A stretch of 64,000 nt of DNA from Takakia lepidozioides. Lineage: Eukaryota; Plantae; Bryophyta. Each line of letters opens with the position of its first letter. The stretch's first letter is position 1. The notes under the pieces were generated by a model. The model saw only the letters and a list, made by a program, of their open reading frames with translations. It made no database searches and was not told where the DNA came from. Position numbers and translations under genes: made by a program. Positions 49,901 to 62,699 of the stretch are shown piece by piece. Where the stretch lies: assembly GCA_030704615.1 (NCBI GenBank), contig CM060733.1:58590001-58654000 (forward strand), written 5' to 3'.

Positions 49901-52900
49901 TAAAAGAAACGAAATTAAATGAAATCACACTTTCTACTGTCCTCAGAGTGCTTGTGGGACTAGAGAATGTACTCATAAGACATTGTTTGCCATAGCCTTA
50001 TGGCCATAGACCCTGTGGGAAAGCAGGAAACAAGAAAGAGAGGTGGGCCCACAACAATCAGCACAAAAACAACTTGATGAAGGGATTGTCTAAGAGATAA
50101 TGCCTCATGCAGATATGCTGCAACATTTCTGACCGAAATTTATTGAGTCCAGGTTCCCCAAAAGGGCCCAGGGAGAGGGGATACCTCATCAAAAGCTTCA
50201 AAGATGTCAATACTGGGTTGATGGATGGTGCAGACAACAGTCCGGCCAGTGTCAACGGTATTACGGACAGTACGCATCACAATAGCAGCAGCCCGTGCAT
50301 CAAGCCCACTGGTGGGCTCATCCATGAAGATGATGGATGGGTTGGCTACAAGCTCGACCGCAATTGTGAGACGCTTGCGCTGCTCTGTGGACAGTCCAGT
50401 GACCCCTGGCAGACCCACCAGGGCGTCTTGCAGTGGCACTAGCTCCACCAGCTCCATCACCTCATTCACAAATATCTGCATCAGATGTATTAGATAGAAT
50501 GCAATACATTATTTTCTCCCTATGCTCTTGGATCAATGCACGATGAAAGGAATCACACTTGCAGGTAAGTCATAGCAGAAAGGGGGTCAAACACACTGGG
50601 GCCAAGGCAGACACAAAATAAAACAGAATTTATAAGTTGCTCAACTGCAGACATGTCATGACCATGGCAGCACAAATAGTACCATTTTATCAGCATCATG
50701 TATGTCGGCAGAGAGACGGAGCCAGGCTGAGTAGATAACTGATTCCAGAACTGTAACCTGAGGCGAATGAATGTCATTCTGCTCACAGTATCCTGCAATT
50801 CGAGCAAATGTCTCCTGATTCTTGGGGTAGCCAGCAATGCGGATGTCACCCTCAATGTAGCCGCCTGTTTTCCTTCCTGCAAGAACATCCATGAGGGTCG
50901 TCTTTCCAGCCCCGCTTATACCAACCAATGCGGTAAGGACACCAGGCCTGAAACTACCAGTGACACCACGTAGAAGCTGGAGTCTGTCCTCTGCTATGCC
51001 CTGCTGCTTCATTTCCTGTGTAGATGAAAGAGAGAAGAGTTCAGACCTTGGCATCCCCATGATCCTCCAAGTTCAATGACCAAGAGAGAACGGATACACT
51101 ATGTCCACTGGATAGCCAGAGGGCCCATGGGACAAAGTCCAACGATAGAAACCAAAGAACAAATGAAACCCAAACATTGCACAAAGACAGCAAAAAGAAG
51201 CAAGAAGATCCACGGAAAGCTCAAAGAGCTTATGGGATAGCAAAGCAGAAAACAAGAAATGAATTGACACTAGAATTCACCTTAGAGAGATTCTCTAAGG
51301 TGGAGAGCTTTGTATAGATATGCCACACGGCATCTCTGATCCTTGTATTGAAACACCTCTGTCAAGGGCTGTCTCTCTAACGAGAAAAAGTATGGCCTTG
51401 TGATTCATAAGAGAGAGAACAGTGAAAGAAGAAATGTTCCTCAGTCTAAATCTCCTGCCTGGCTTGTTGAGCAGAGCAGGAGACAGTGTTTGGCACACTG
51501 CTGCTTATCCATCTGCCAATCTCTATCCTCAGGCTAGGTGAGCACACCCTGAATTGACACATAGAAAATATGGAGAGAGGTGTAAACAAGTCAGAGGTCT
51601 ATAAGATTCTATCCATGCGTAGGACAAGGAAGGTGTCTCATTAGAACTACAACTTGGCTATGAGAGGCATCACCGATTTCCAGGTCTGCTTGATGTGGTT
51701 TGAAAGAAAGGAACTTAGAAACAACCACTGGGGAGAAGAGAAGTGGAATGAAATGGTACTTTCTAACGTCCGTGGAAAGCTCAAAGAGCTTATGGGACAA
51801 AATGGAAAAAACATGAGAGAGGAAACAAAACCAGAGCCAAAAAAAGCCCAAAAGCAACTACTGCTCAAGGGATTGTCTAAGGGTCAAGGCCTCGTGCAGG
51901 TAAGCTGCCAAGCATTTCTGATCCTGTGGAAGACTTCAGTGAGAGATGGAGTTCCCCGGAATAGACAGTGGAATCTCCCACGGATCTCATAATATAGAGG
52001 GCGATTAAAGAACAAGTGTTCTTCAGTTTCAATTTCCTGGTTGCGCCCGGTGCAAGCTGGGCAGAGGCGGTCCTCCCCTTGCAGATTTTCCCATCTGCCA
52101 GTCTCTATCCGTAGATTGTGGGACCCCACCCTGAACCGCCCAATGCCCTCAGGAGGGAAGGAGATAAAGGCGCCGAAAGGTAATCGGGCCGCAAGATTCT
52201 ATCATCACGGAGAATCAAGAATGTGTCTCAATAGAAATGGAGCTTTGTTGTGAGATTGGGTAGCTTCCAAATTCTCCTGCCATGTAGTTCCATAAGTTCC
52301 CTTCTAATGAGTCTGTTGCGATCCTGTTTGGATGTGATTTCCACCCCTGCTGGATTCTCTGGCAGTAATGAAGTAATACAGAGTCCATTGCGCTCAAAAA
52401 AACTGCACACTCAAGCATACCAGGAGTGCTTGAAACCTGCTGCGAGGGCTCTTGCCACGAGCCCCTTGGGTGGAAGGGCTTGTAACCTATTAATGACACT
52501 TTATAACATTCGTGGAAAGCTCACAGAACTTATGGGACAAGAGATAGCAGGAAATAAGAAAGAGAGTGGTGCTCTGAACAAGCAGCCCAAAAACAACGAT
52601 TGATCAACAGAATCTGTAAAATTTAACGCCTCATGCAGATACGCTACCAAGCACATCCTCGTATTCTAACAGCTCTGTAAGGGATTGGTTATCTCTGAAT
52701 AGGCACTACAAAAAGACACATTTAATAATGTCCCTAGAAAGCCAAAGTGCTTGTGGGAAAAACATGTACACATAAGGTGTTGTTGGGTGACATTGTGGTC
52801 ATAACCATGCACCCAGTTTGGGCAGAACAGAAGTGAAGTGGGCAAAAGAATGAGAAATATGAAAGAAGGAAACACAGAAGAAACTTGAAATTTATTCCAT

Positions 52901-55900
52901 CTTGGGAGACCAAACGGCCCAGGAACACTGTAGGACAGCACAATAGAACACCAGGTATGAAGATTGAAGGTGGGAGATGGAGTACCGCAGGCATGTCAAC
53001 AGAATACTTGATATCATCAAATGAGATGGACAATGGTTCGAAAGGCAAGATCATCCCTCGCGTTGTGACCTTCTCTCGAGTACTGACAGACTCAAATCCT
53101 GGATCCAGAAAATCCTTGTGATCTCTGTCTTCATTTGACACGCTCATGCGGGCTATCTGAGCTGAAATGCTCAAACGTACAGGGTCTGGTGCCCCATCCT
53201 CTACATCTGGCTGGTCCTGTACCATGTACATAGGGTCCATCGTAACTGAATCTGCAAGCAAACCAAGCATGGTCTCAGTTTGAAATCCAGATGACCCTTT
53301 AACCTTAGGTCATCACCGGTCACTATCCACAGACTGGGAGTCCACTCTAACCTTCCCAATGCCCTTGGAAGAGAGGAGAGTTGCAGACAAGTAATTAGGC
53401 TGTAAGATTCTATCATCGTGGAGGACCAAGAAAGACTCCTGATAGAACGGTGGCTCTGTTGTGGGATTCACTGGTTTCCAGGTCCGCTGATAATGTTCCA
53501 TCAGCTCTCGCCTGATGAGTTTCTTGCGGTTGTGTTTGGAAGACATTTCCAAACCTTCTGCGTTTTGTGGCTCGCAATCTTGTCAGGAGAAAAGGAAGTT
53601 GGAAGATCGCTTCGATTCCAAGAAGTACACAAGCAAATTCAGTGTATAAATCTGTGATGCTGTTGTACCCCGAGCCCCAGGCATTACCTGAATTGCAGGG
53701 GTTCCAGATTTGGAAATAGGTACCCCAGGGGCCCAAAGCTCACAGCCGTAAGTGGCAGCATGGAAATTCATGACTCCGCAGAAGCTCAGAGAGGTCTATG
53801 GAATCAAGAATAATCCAAACCAAACACCTCAGCCCCAGCATTCAGCTACCAGGGCTACCATTGTAGCATAGAGAAATGAAATGAAATGGAACTTTATAAC
53901 GTCCGCAGAAAGCTCAAAGAGCTTATGGGACAGAAGGAAGACAATAAACAACAAAGAGAACAAAAGACAAAGAGTGAAGCCAGAAGCAGCCCCAAAAGCA
54001 ACAACTGCTCAGAAATTGCCCAAGGGTCAAAGCTTCGTGCAGATAAGCTGCCAAGCATTTCTGATCCTCATAATGGAAGACTTCTGTGAGAAATGAAATG
54101 GTATTTTATAACGTCCGCGGAAAGCTCAAAGAGCTTATGGGACAAAATGGAAAAAACATGCGAGAGGAAACCAAACCAGAGCCCAAAAACAGCCCAAAAG
54201 CAACTACTGCTCAAGGGAACGTCTAAGCTTCAGGGCCTGAGAGAAACAAATGAATGAAAGAAACTTTTAGAACCACGGGAAGTTCAAAGAGCTTATGGGA
54301 CAAAAGAAATAGATGACACTTTATAACGTCTGCTGAAAACTCAAAGAGATTATGGAACAAGAGAAAAGCAGGAAACAAGAAAGAGTGGGGCCCACAACTA
54401 GGCCATAAAAAGAGGGACTCTACAACGTCTACAGAGGGCCAGGGAACATTATAATGTCCATGGTAGCTTAGAGAGCTTATGGAACAAGAAAAGACAAAAG
54501 GAGCACACACACAGACTTAGATTCCATAGGTGAATATACATACTTGGACTGCTGTTGCCATCTTGAGAAGACAGTGACCGTGGGAGCTTCCTTGTGTGGC
54601 TTGTCCGTGCTGGGGTAAGAGGTACGTCATCACCCGACAAACTTGCGTGCTTTCGAGCAAGGGCCTCCTCAGTTACCACAGCTTGAGGTTTTCCTATTGC
54701 TGTTTAGAAAATGATCAATGAACATAATTCAAACTCCAGTATGAAAGTAGAAAGGCACTAAGACAAAGACACAATCCAGGACAGTATCCCACCCTGTGAC
54801 ATTACCTTGCTGCTTCCTGCCTCTCCTATACTTGGAACCCTCTTCAATCAGTTGTAAGTACAAGTTGGCTTAGCAATGAATAGGCGGATTGTTGGACTTA
54901 CGTCTAAGATAGGCGAGCGCCAGTGTCCAGAGAACATTGAAAAAGATCGCATATCCAATTAGTGCGGCAATGCTTATCCAATACCAATAGGGCTCCGTGA
55001 AGGTGCCCGCATTTACCAGTACCTGCTGTCCAAGACTGTGGGTGGTGTTTGGCAATTTCTGTCATGCCAGGTCAACATAGTCCATCATTTCACTGTATGT
55101 GTAACAACAAAACTATGGATTAAACCAGAAGGATCACATGGCATTTGCGTAGTAAAGAACTTAATGTCACATGCATTTCCATGTGTATTTGGTCCTTATT
55201 TGAGCTAAACAATACCATCATGGGAAAACATCAAGTTTCGATTAGGCAAAGACGGGCCAATATCTTGGTTGATTGCTTTGAAAAAGCACGGCACCGCATT
55301 TGAAGTAGGCTATGATGAATATTACCTTATCCCAGCGGGGTGCGAGCAATTCATTTGAAGTGATTCCGGTATTTGAGTAGGTGAGGGGTGACACCCAGTA
55401 GCCCCAAATCCACCAAGGCTTGATATCAGGCCGAGGAATAATGAAACCTCCCAACATAAAGACGAGGAGCAATGCAAAGGTCCCTCCTATAATCCAAAGG
55501 CAGACCAACGTATAAGCATCAGCAGGAGGATTTTGTGAATTAACCTACATTCAAGTATATGGCTCTGATAGCGAATTTGGGTAAAGCGTATGAGGCAATG
55601 GAAGATGCCCTGCAGCTTGTGAATTGCTCAGCTAGGAAATGCCATGAAATGAAAGAAAAAGAAGCTACATCCTGGTACAAGGTAGGGCCACTGGAGAAAA
55701 CCCAAAAAGCGAGAGAAAAAAACGAGAGAAAAAAGAATTGTGTCCATGGGTGGCCAGAGAGGTGGGGCCTTTGGACAAGGGAGAACAACACAAACCACAG
55801 GCAGAAAGGAATTCACAACATCCACAGGAAGCCTACAGAGCTTATGGGGTTTGAACGCTCAGAGAAAGAGAAATGAAATGAAATGAAATGGTGCTTTATA

Positions 55901-58900
55901 ACGAGAGAAAGAGAAAAGGAGCAGCTATCCAAGTTGGGCTGGTTTGGTCCAACCATACCTGTATTAGCTACAATAGTTGTACGACAGACCCCCGCCATGA
56001 AACGGAAAAGACCTGAAGACATTTGATGCGTGACAAAAAGGAGAAGGAATTGTCGAAAATATCTGTGGCCAACAATACATGTTGCTAGGGTGAGCTGCTG
56101 ATAGATGACTGATGCATCCTGCAGCTCTTAACACTCGACCAAACATGCATGTTTCAGTCAGAACGGAAATGCAGCCACACTTGACATCTGTGTCAGGAGG
56201 ATGCCCTAGTGGCTGACTACAAATCATGTTTTCTAGTGTTATGGTAATACTATGACTTGAATCCATTGTAATTTACTTGGACCAGGCACTGTCACCATTT
56301 TCAGCTTAGATTCCATACCCTCGTAGGTGACAACGTGACAACCCCACAAATAGCTAGAGGGTTAGTGGAGACTATAGTTCTGATCACCATTACATACTTG
56401 AGAAAGTTTCAATTCAGACAACACTTTCCTAGTCAGTCCAGTGAAGAATAGGCATGACATCCATGAGGGGGACCTGATTTTCAGCTAGGCTGGTCCAAGT
56501 GTTGGTCTGCCATGCAAAGGCACAGTTTCAAATCACAGGAAACCTTAATCTGACTTCATAGAAATTTCTTATGGTGGGTTTGTTTACAGCATCCCTGGAT
56601 AAAGCAGTGTGATACCCCTCATTCATTATATGCCTTGTCTGACTGGTGGGTTGATTTGAGAACTCACCTGCTAGCTTCTGGAGTGTACCCTATGACAAAG
56701 TATGTCATTATGATCCAAAGGCCTGCATCGAGTAAGGACATTGGGAGCCTAAGAACAACTGTCGGGAGTGTATACGCCCATGCTGGAAAGAAGAGAAGGT
56801 CACGCTGCTTGAAGAATACTGGCAAGCGAGAAATGGTCATAGAGGTTTCTGCAAACCCATTGAACATGACCACAATGACACCAAAGAAAAGTGAACTAGC
56901 GTAGATCTGCCCATCCTCCACAGTCTCTCTGGGCATATTTGTGCGAAGGTACACGGTCATTGTTATAAACCCTATAACAATAATCTGCAACAGTCAACAC
57001 GATTTTGTAGAGGGTTACATGGAGACAATGGAACACATTCAGATTATCTCTACTTTCTTCCGCTCTTTCTTGCCTTCGGTTAACAACTTCTGTAACTATG
57101 CTTCTTTGTGTTTGCGATCCATTCTTGTCCCATAAGCTGTCTGGGCTTTCTGTGGTTCTAATTCTTCTTCCCTCTATATGCTCCTTCCCTTCCTCGTATA
57201 GACATGCTAAGTCATTCTACAGTGGTAAATCAATGTCATGATATGACACAGTGCGTACACTCCACAGGCTGTATAAAACAGGATAATGAGGCAAATATAG
57301 GATTCTGAAGTCAATATTCTTATTATAACTTTCACCCAATTTACATTGGGATTTAACTAACCTGAACTGTTTTGAAGATATAAACAAACGAGTTGCGTTG
57401 CACCAAGATCAACTCCTTGGCAAAATTTGCCTTGAAAAGCTCCCACTTGCTGATAGAGTATTTATCATGTGACAATGCTGCCTGGTGGCTATTTGATTTG
57501 TCAAATGGAGTCATCAGCTCTTGATGCAATTTTGCACCTACTCGAAAGTTCTTGTAAGCATTTGTAAACTGCCTCACAGATACGTACTGGTAGGGCCGAT
57601 GTCTGTTGAACCAATATTGTTCTTGATCTTTTTGTGATGTAACCTGCACAAAGTAAGAACCATGTACCAGCCAATTATATGGTCTACTCTAAAGTACTAA
57701 AGTGCAGAAAAAATACACAAGTACAACTGCATGCAAAGAGAAAGGGCCGAGAGGGGACAGGGACATGTTGCACACATGAGAGATAAGAGTGTACTCACTG
57801 TACTCAGAGCATCATACCCTGTTGCTAGAGACATGTGCTCACCTTGGACAGAGCAAAGGGAGTGGTAAGAGTGACAGCCTGTTCAGTTCAAGAAATCTCA
57901 CCTCTTGCAAAAAATCAGCAACACCCTTTCGGTCCGGGCACTGGAAGCCACAGCTCTCGAAAAATTCCAACACATTCTCACATGGGCCATGGTATACAAC
58001 CTGGCCTTCTGAAAGCAAAATGACATCATCAAAGAGCTCAAAGGTCTCTGGGGCTGGTTGTAGCAACGACATGAGGATGGTAGACTCCATGACATGGGAA
58101 AAGTGGCGCAGGCATTTCACTATCTGGAATGTTGTTGAGCTGTCCAGACCTGTCGAAATTTCATCCATGAAGAGTGTCTTTGTTGGACCCACTATCATTT
58201 CACCTGCGAGAAATATAACAAGCACCTAGCTTGTAATTGAGAGGAGAAAATCACATCCCATGCAACCATGGGGCATACAGCAGACCTAATGAACCACGTG
58301 CTTTCTAGTACAATGTTATGACACCATGCATGACCACAAACTCCTCTAACCACATTGCCATTAGCTGTACAGGAGCTCCTCACAAATCCCGACACCATAC
58401 GACTGGTTCCAGGGTCATTCTTATGCTGCAGTGACCACACCCTTATTGATGTGTGTGCTTGCATGGGGCATACAGCAGATCTAATGAACCCCATGCTTAC
58501 TAGTACAATGTTATGACACCATGCATGACCACAAACTCCTCTAACCACATTGCCATTAGCTGTACAGGAGCTCCTCATAAATCCTGACACCATACGACTG
58601 GTTCCAGGGTCATTCTTATGCTGCAGTAACCACACTATTATTGATGCTGCTCTCCTCATGCCCTGTCCCCCATTGCTCTTCTATTCAAACCCAATGCAAG
58701 GTGCATTGCCACGGGGTATGGAGAAGCAAAATCTACTACTCCGAGGACTCTTCTTCTTGTGCCCTGTGGTTTTCTCAGAGATAATCATCGCTGGAAGAGG
58801 CCCTTAGGTTGAACACCTGACTTGCCCGAAGTGAATAGCCGTTTACCTGCATGACGCACTCTGTCTTCGTGCAACAGTTGGGATTTTTGGCTTTTGGTTT

Positions 58901-61900
58901 TTGTGGTTCTACTTCTCATGGCCCTCTGGGCCTCCCCGAGCTTCTTTTCCCTTTCACCATACCTTTTCATTTCATTTCACCCACTTGTTTCCTGGCCACA
59001 AGGCTATAGTAAACAACGTCATATGAGTACATTCTCTTTCTTGTTTCCTGCATTCTCGTCCCATAAGCTCTTTAAGCTTTCTGCGGACATTATGGAGTGT
59101 CCTTTCATTTCTTTCCACAGTTTATTCAGTGGAACCCAAACTCTCACTGATGTCTTTCACTATGAGGATCAAAAATGCTTGGCAGCCTACCTGCACGAGG
59201 CCTTCACCCTTAGACAATCGCTAGAACATTAATTGTGGTTTCTGGATTTGTTCCTCTCTCATGTTCTTCCATTTTGTCCCATAAGCTCTATGAGCTTTCC
59301 GCGGACGTTATAAAGCACCATTTCATTTCATTTCATTTCATTTCCTATGTTCCATAAGATATTTGAGCATTACAAAGTGCATTACAAAGTATCGTTTCAT
59401 TTCTCTCACACATTTTGAGGTTCCTTTTTTGCCCCGGCCTCCTCTGGAAATAGTAAAGTTCTCTCTTTCTCCTGCATCTCCTCCTCTCTTGGTCTTCAGA
59501 TGATGGAGTTCACCCCACAAATCTGAAAAACAGCCCATTTAGCTATGTTTCTAGTGGCCAGCTACACATTACTATTTCCGTTGATGGCATGGTGATACCT
59601 GTTGTGGCACGTTTTCTTTGCCCTCCCGAGACACCTCGGCGCATGGCATCTCCAACCATTATGTCAGCACACACATCAAGGCCAAGTACCTGTCCAATTT
59701 GCAGATACAGCTGTGAGAATTATCTCACACTCCAGCATCAAACAAGCAAAGAGAAAGACTTAGAGTATCAGCCGACAGTTACATGAAAAGATTGGGAGAG
59801 GCATGATGCCAGTCAGACACTTTGTCAAATAGTGCGGGCCCACATCAAAACTAGAAGCAGTGCACTTCCAACAAATGGTGGTGACCCATACCTCTCTTTG
59901 AGGACCACCTAACCTTCCGATTGAGGACCTTAGAATCTGGAATGAGCAAAATGTCTAATGGATACGATCCTACCCTCAATGTATAATCAGTTTGAAGGCC
60001 GCTCTCCACTCCTTCCATAGCTGTTGCCTGCCATAACAATATTAGTTGAGCCCACAGTTGCAAGATTGATTTACAGACACAAAGGAGAAAAAATAGGTGG
60101 CCCGTGAGAGACAAGAAAACTGGGAATGATTTTCTATCCCCACATCATGCATTTAACAATTGTGGACTCTATTTAGTCCAAATTAATTCCCTCCAAACTG
60201 TAGAGTACAACTTTCGAAGAGAACCAGACAAACCACTTAGTTGCGTACTTTCATGAAGAAATCAACATCAGCCTCGGGGAAAATGCCTGCTGCCTTCTCT
60301 CTTTTCACCAGCTCCGAAAGTAGCTCTGTAAGCAAAAGACCACTTCGACCATGTGAATGAAAAACAAGCATCACATATTCGTCATATATTATTTTGTGTC
60401 AACAACAAGGATTTAGGTGGCCCATGACCAGTGAGATCAGACAGCCATCCATCCATAAGGAAAGTGCAAAATTAGCGAGGGAGTTAACTCACGATAGCGG
60501 GTGCCAACCCCTTGGCAACGTGCAGAAAAGGCGAGGGTTTCACGAACAGTCATTTCGGGTGTGTGTAAGTCATGTTGGCTTATGTACACTGCTGTTTTCT
60601 GTGGCACAAACTCATCCAGTGTATGCCCATTGTAGGTCACCTTCCCGGAGACCTGCGGAAAAGCAATTCATTTGCAGACTTCAGTTCTTTGAAGCCACGA
60701 AAGAAGTACATAATTTGTGGTCTCCTCCACCCAGCTACTGCCTCCTCCAGCCAATAATGTAAATAGAAACAAGCAGCTGGGTTCTTACTCTCAGGTCGGG
60801 ATCGAGCTTTCCAGCCAAAGCTAGAAGAAAAGTCGTCTTCCCCGAGCTTGGGGGCCCAAGAAGCAATGTCATCCTGCAGGACCAAGGATTTTGGAAATAC
60901 ATGTATTATACATTGTGCCAATTGAAGCCCAAAAGTTTACAAGACCAGTACCATACAATACACGTTGACATGTTACAAGGCTATCAGTAGAGAACAAATG
61001 CAGAAGAAGCAAAGACACAGCGGAATCTGATTTGTGGGACAAATGAGGGACTGTCAAGCTGTAGACATTCAGTCAAGAAACTTGTGGGTAAAATCCATTA
61101 TATTGTAGCTTGTGAAGCCTATAAATACCTCAAGCCTCTCAGACTAGTAGCAAGTGTGACAATCCACATCAAATCCCATTAGGTACCTTGAAGGTCATCA
61201 GAGCTCTAAGAATCCTCTAGGCTACAACTGGGATAAATGCTAGTTGAGGACTGGCATCAACGCATCTTTTAGATGCATTTACATTGGTTCAAAGGTTAGA
61301 AAGGTCTAAGTAAGGAGGCAACCACACCTGCCAGGCTTTATACTACCACTGACATTGTGTAATATATTGAGCTCTGTCTTTCTCCTCCGCAAAATGGGGG
61401 CCAATAGGACCTGCAAAAATTGAAACACCATCAGCTCAGTATCTGCGGACACTATTATGCATGTAACCAGAATCAACCACACCATTTTTGGTATCCTGCT
61501 GGGACAGTAATATAAGATAAGGCCTTGGCAAATGCCAATGAATAGGACCCAGTAGTATTTTCCAAATAGGATGGAACTCCTAGTGTCCTGCTCACCATAC
61601 TGTTTGCTGAGCTTCCATGCACACTAAAACCCAGGGCTTAATTCTACTGGATACTCAGTACGTAAGAAGTAAATATCTAGCAACCTCAAGAGAGGCTTAT
61701 TGGAAACCCACCTACCAAACTGGCCAGCAACTATCCATACTGCAAGAACCAATCAGTGTTAAGGTCCAGGTTTATAACAAACCTCAAGAATGTTTCTTGC
61801 AGAGTTCCAAAGGGTGGGAAGAGCTCTGCCTCCAACTCGACAGTCGGCATTTACTGTCAAATTTTCATATCGGACCTCTATTGTGGGAATTTCTATTCCC

Positions 61901-62435
61901 ACCCTGTCACATCACAGACTGGCTTTAGTTCAGAAAGAAGCTGAGTGATCTTCTCACAACAAACGGAGTGTAGACCGTACCTTGGGATCAGAAGGCAAGG
62001 TTGTTAGCCTTCAACAACGCAACGTCTATGACTGATGTCTATTTCTAGCCTCTTCTTTCAGTAATTCATCCCGAGGAACTTGAGGTCATAAGCTCTGTTG
62101 ACAAACCAACCTCTATGACTGAGGCACATTCAAGTTGTTCTTCTCTCTGCCCACCCTCAAATGCTAAGACACTTGAAACAATCAGGATCACTCACCTGTC
62201 AATTCGTTCCCGCAGCTTCAAGAGAAACTTCTCATTGTCTTCCTCAGCAACTTTAAGAGTTTTTTGTATCAACTGTTGGCGTTCCGCCAATCCCAGAGTC
62301 CGTAAATCCACAGTGTCATGTAGGATCTTGTTGCCATCCTCGTTTACTATGACAGTGGTGCGAAGGCGGTCATAAGTAGGGAGTTTCTCCAGAGCTGCCC
62401 ACTTTAGAGCCTCCTCATCATCAATACCCACTTCC
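43980..62435 (-). CDS. Full-size ABC transporter G family (PDR-type), ~24 exons in window, first exon not located
   Basis: Approximate exons: 62195-62435 ([19 protein letters not shown]), 61783-61903, 61329-61411, 60790-60873 (GPPSSGKT), 60492-60651, 60249-60326, 59973-60028, 59599-59689 (VSGGQRKR), 57902-58204 ([10 protein letters not shown]), 57362-57643, 56669-56985, 55959-56062, 55326-55488, 54901-55058, 54542-54700, 52987-53250, 50684-51016 (GISGAGKT), 50185-50475 ([32 protein letters not shown]), 48656-48739, 47391-47527, 46636-46866, 46205-46376, 45655-45909, 43980-44252 (NFNFVRR*). Confidence 0.95.
44697..45267 (-). mobile_element. 5'-truncated RTE/RTEX-type LINE 3' end with (ATTTC)n tail
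   Basis: [23 protein letters not shown], then 3' UTR ending GTCCCAAAGCTCTTTGAGCTTTCCGCGGACGTTATAAAG and (ATTTC)n. Confidence 0.8.
51745..52460 (-). mobile_element. 5'-truncated RTE/RTEX-type LINE 3' end
   Basis: [12 protein letters not shown]...RLCPAC...[12 protein letters not shown] (C-terminal zinc-knuckle region); same 3' UTR and tail as 44697-45267. Confidence 0.85.
53290..53780 (-). mobile_element. RTE-type LINE internal remnant
   Basis: ATYGCELW and [20 protein letters not shown] match the same family. Confidence 0.6.
58262..58645. repeat. Intronic tandem duplication, ~195 bp x2
   Basis: CATGGGGCATACAGCAGA at ~58267 and ~58462 with near-identical continuation. Confidence 0.9.
58915..59345 (+). 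mobile_element. Cluster of RTE-type LINE 3' tails in + orientation
   Basis: TTGTCCCATAAGCTCTATGAGCTTTCCGCGGACGTTATAAAGCACC(ATTTC)5 at ~59275-59344, with related copies upstream. Confidence 0.8.
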
Positions 62436-62699
62436 CTGCAGGCAAGGAAGACAGTTCGGTTATTTTTAAAGAAGGGCATGTGTACAGGTCTTTATCATGT
62501 AGGTGCTACCAATAATAAACTCGACTTTGTCCAATGCTCCATAATTAGGCGGGGGTGGTCTGAAAGACAACACCCATGGCACTGTTTCACTTTTTCTTCT
62601 TGCAACTAATCAACCAATTTGTGTACCAAATATCACGCATAGTTCTGGACCTGGCTGCCACCATGAAACCCCCTTCAAGAGAAACTACATACACCGATG

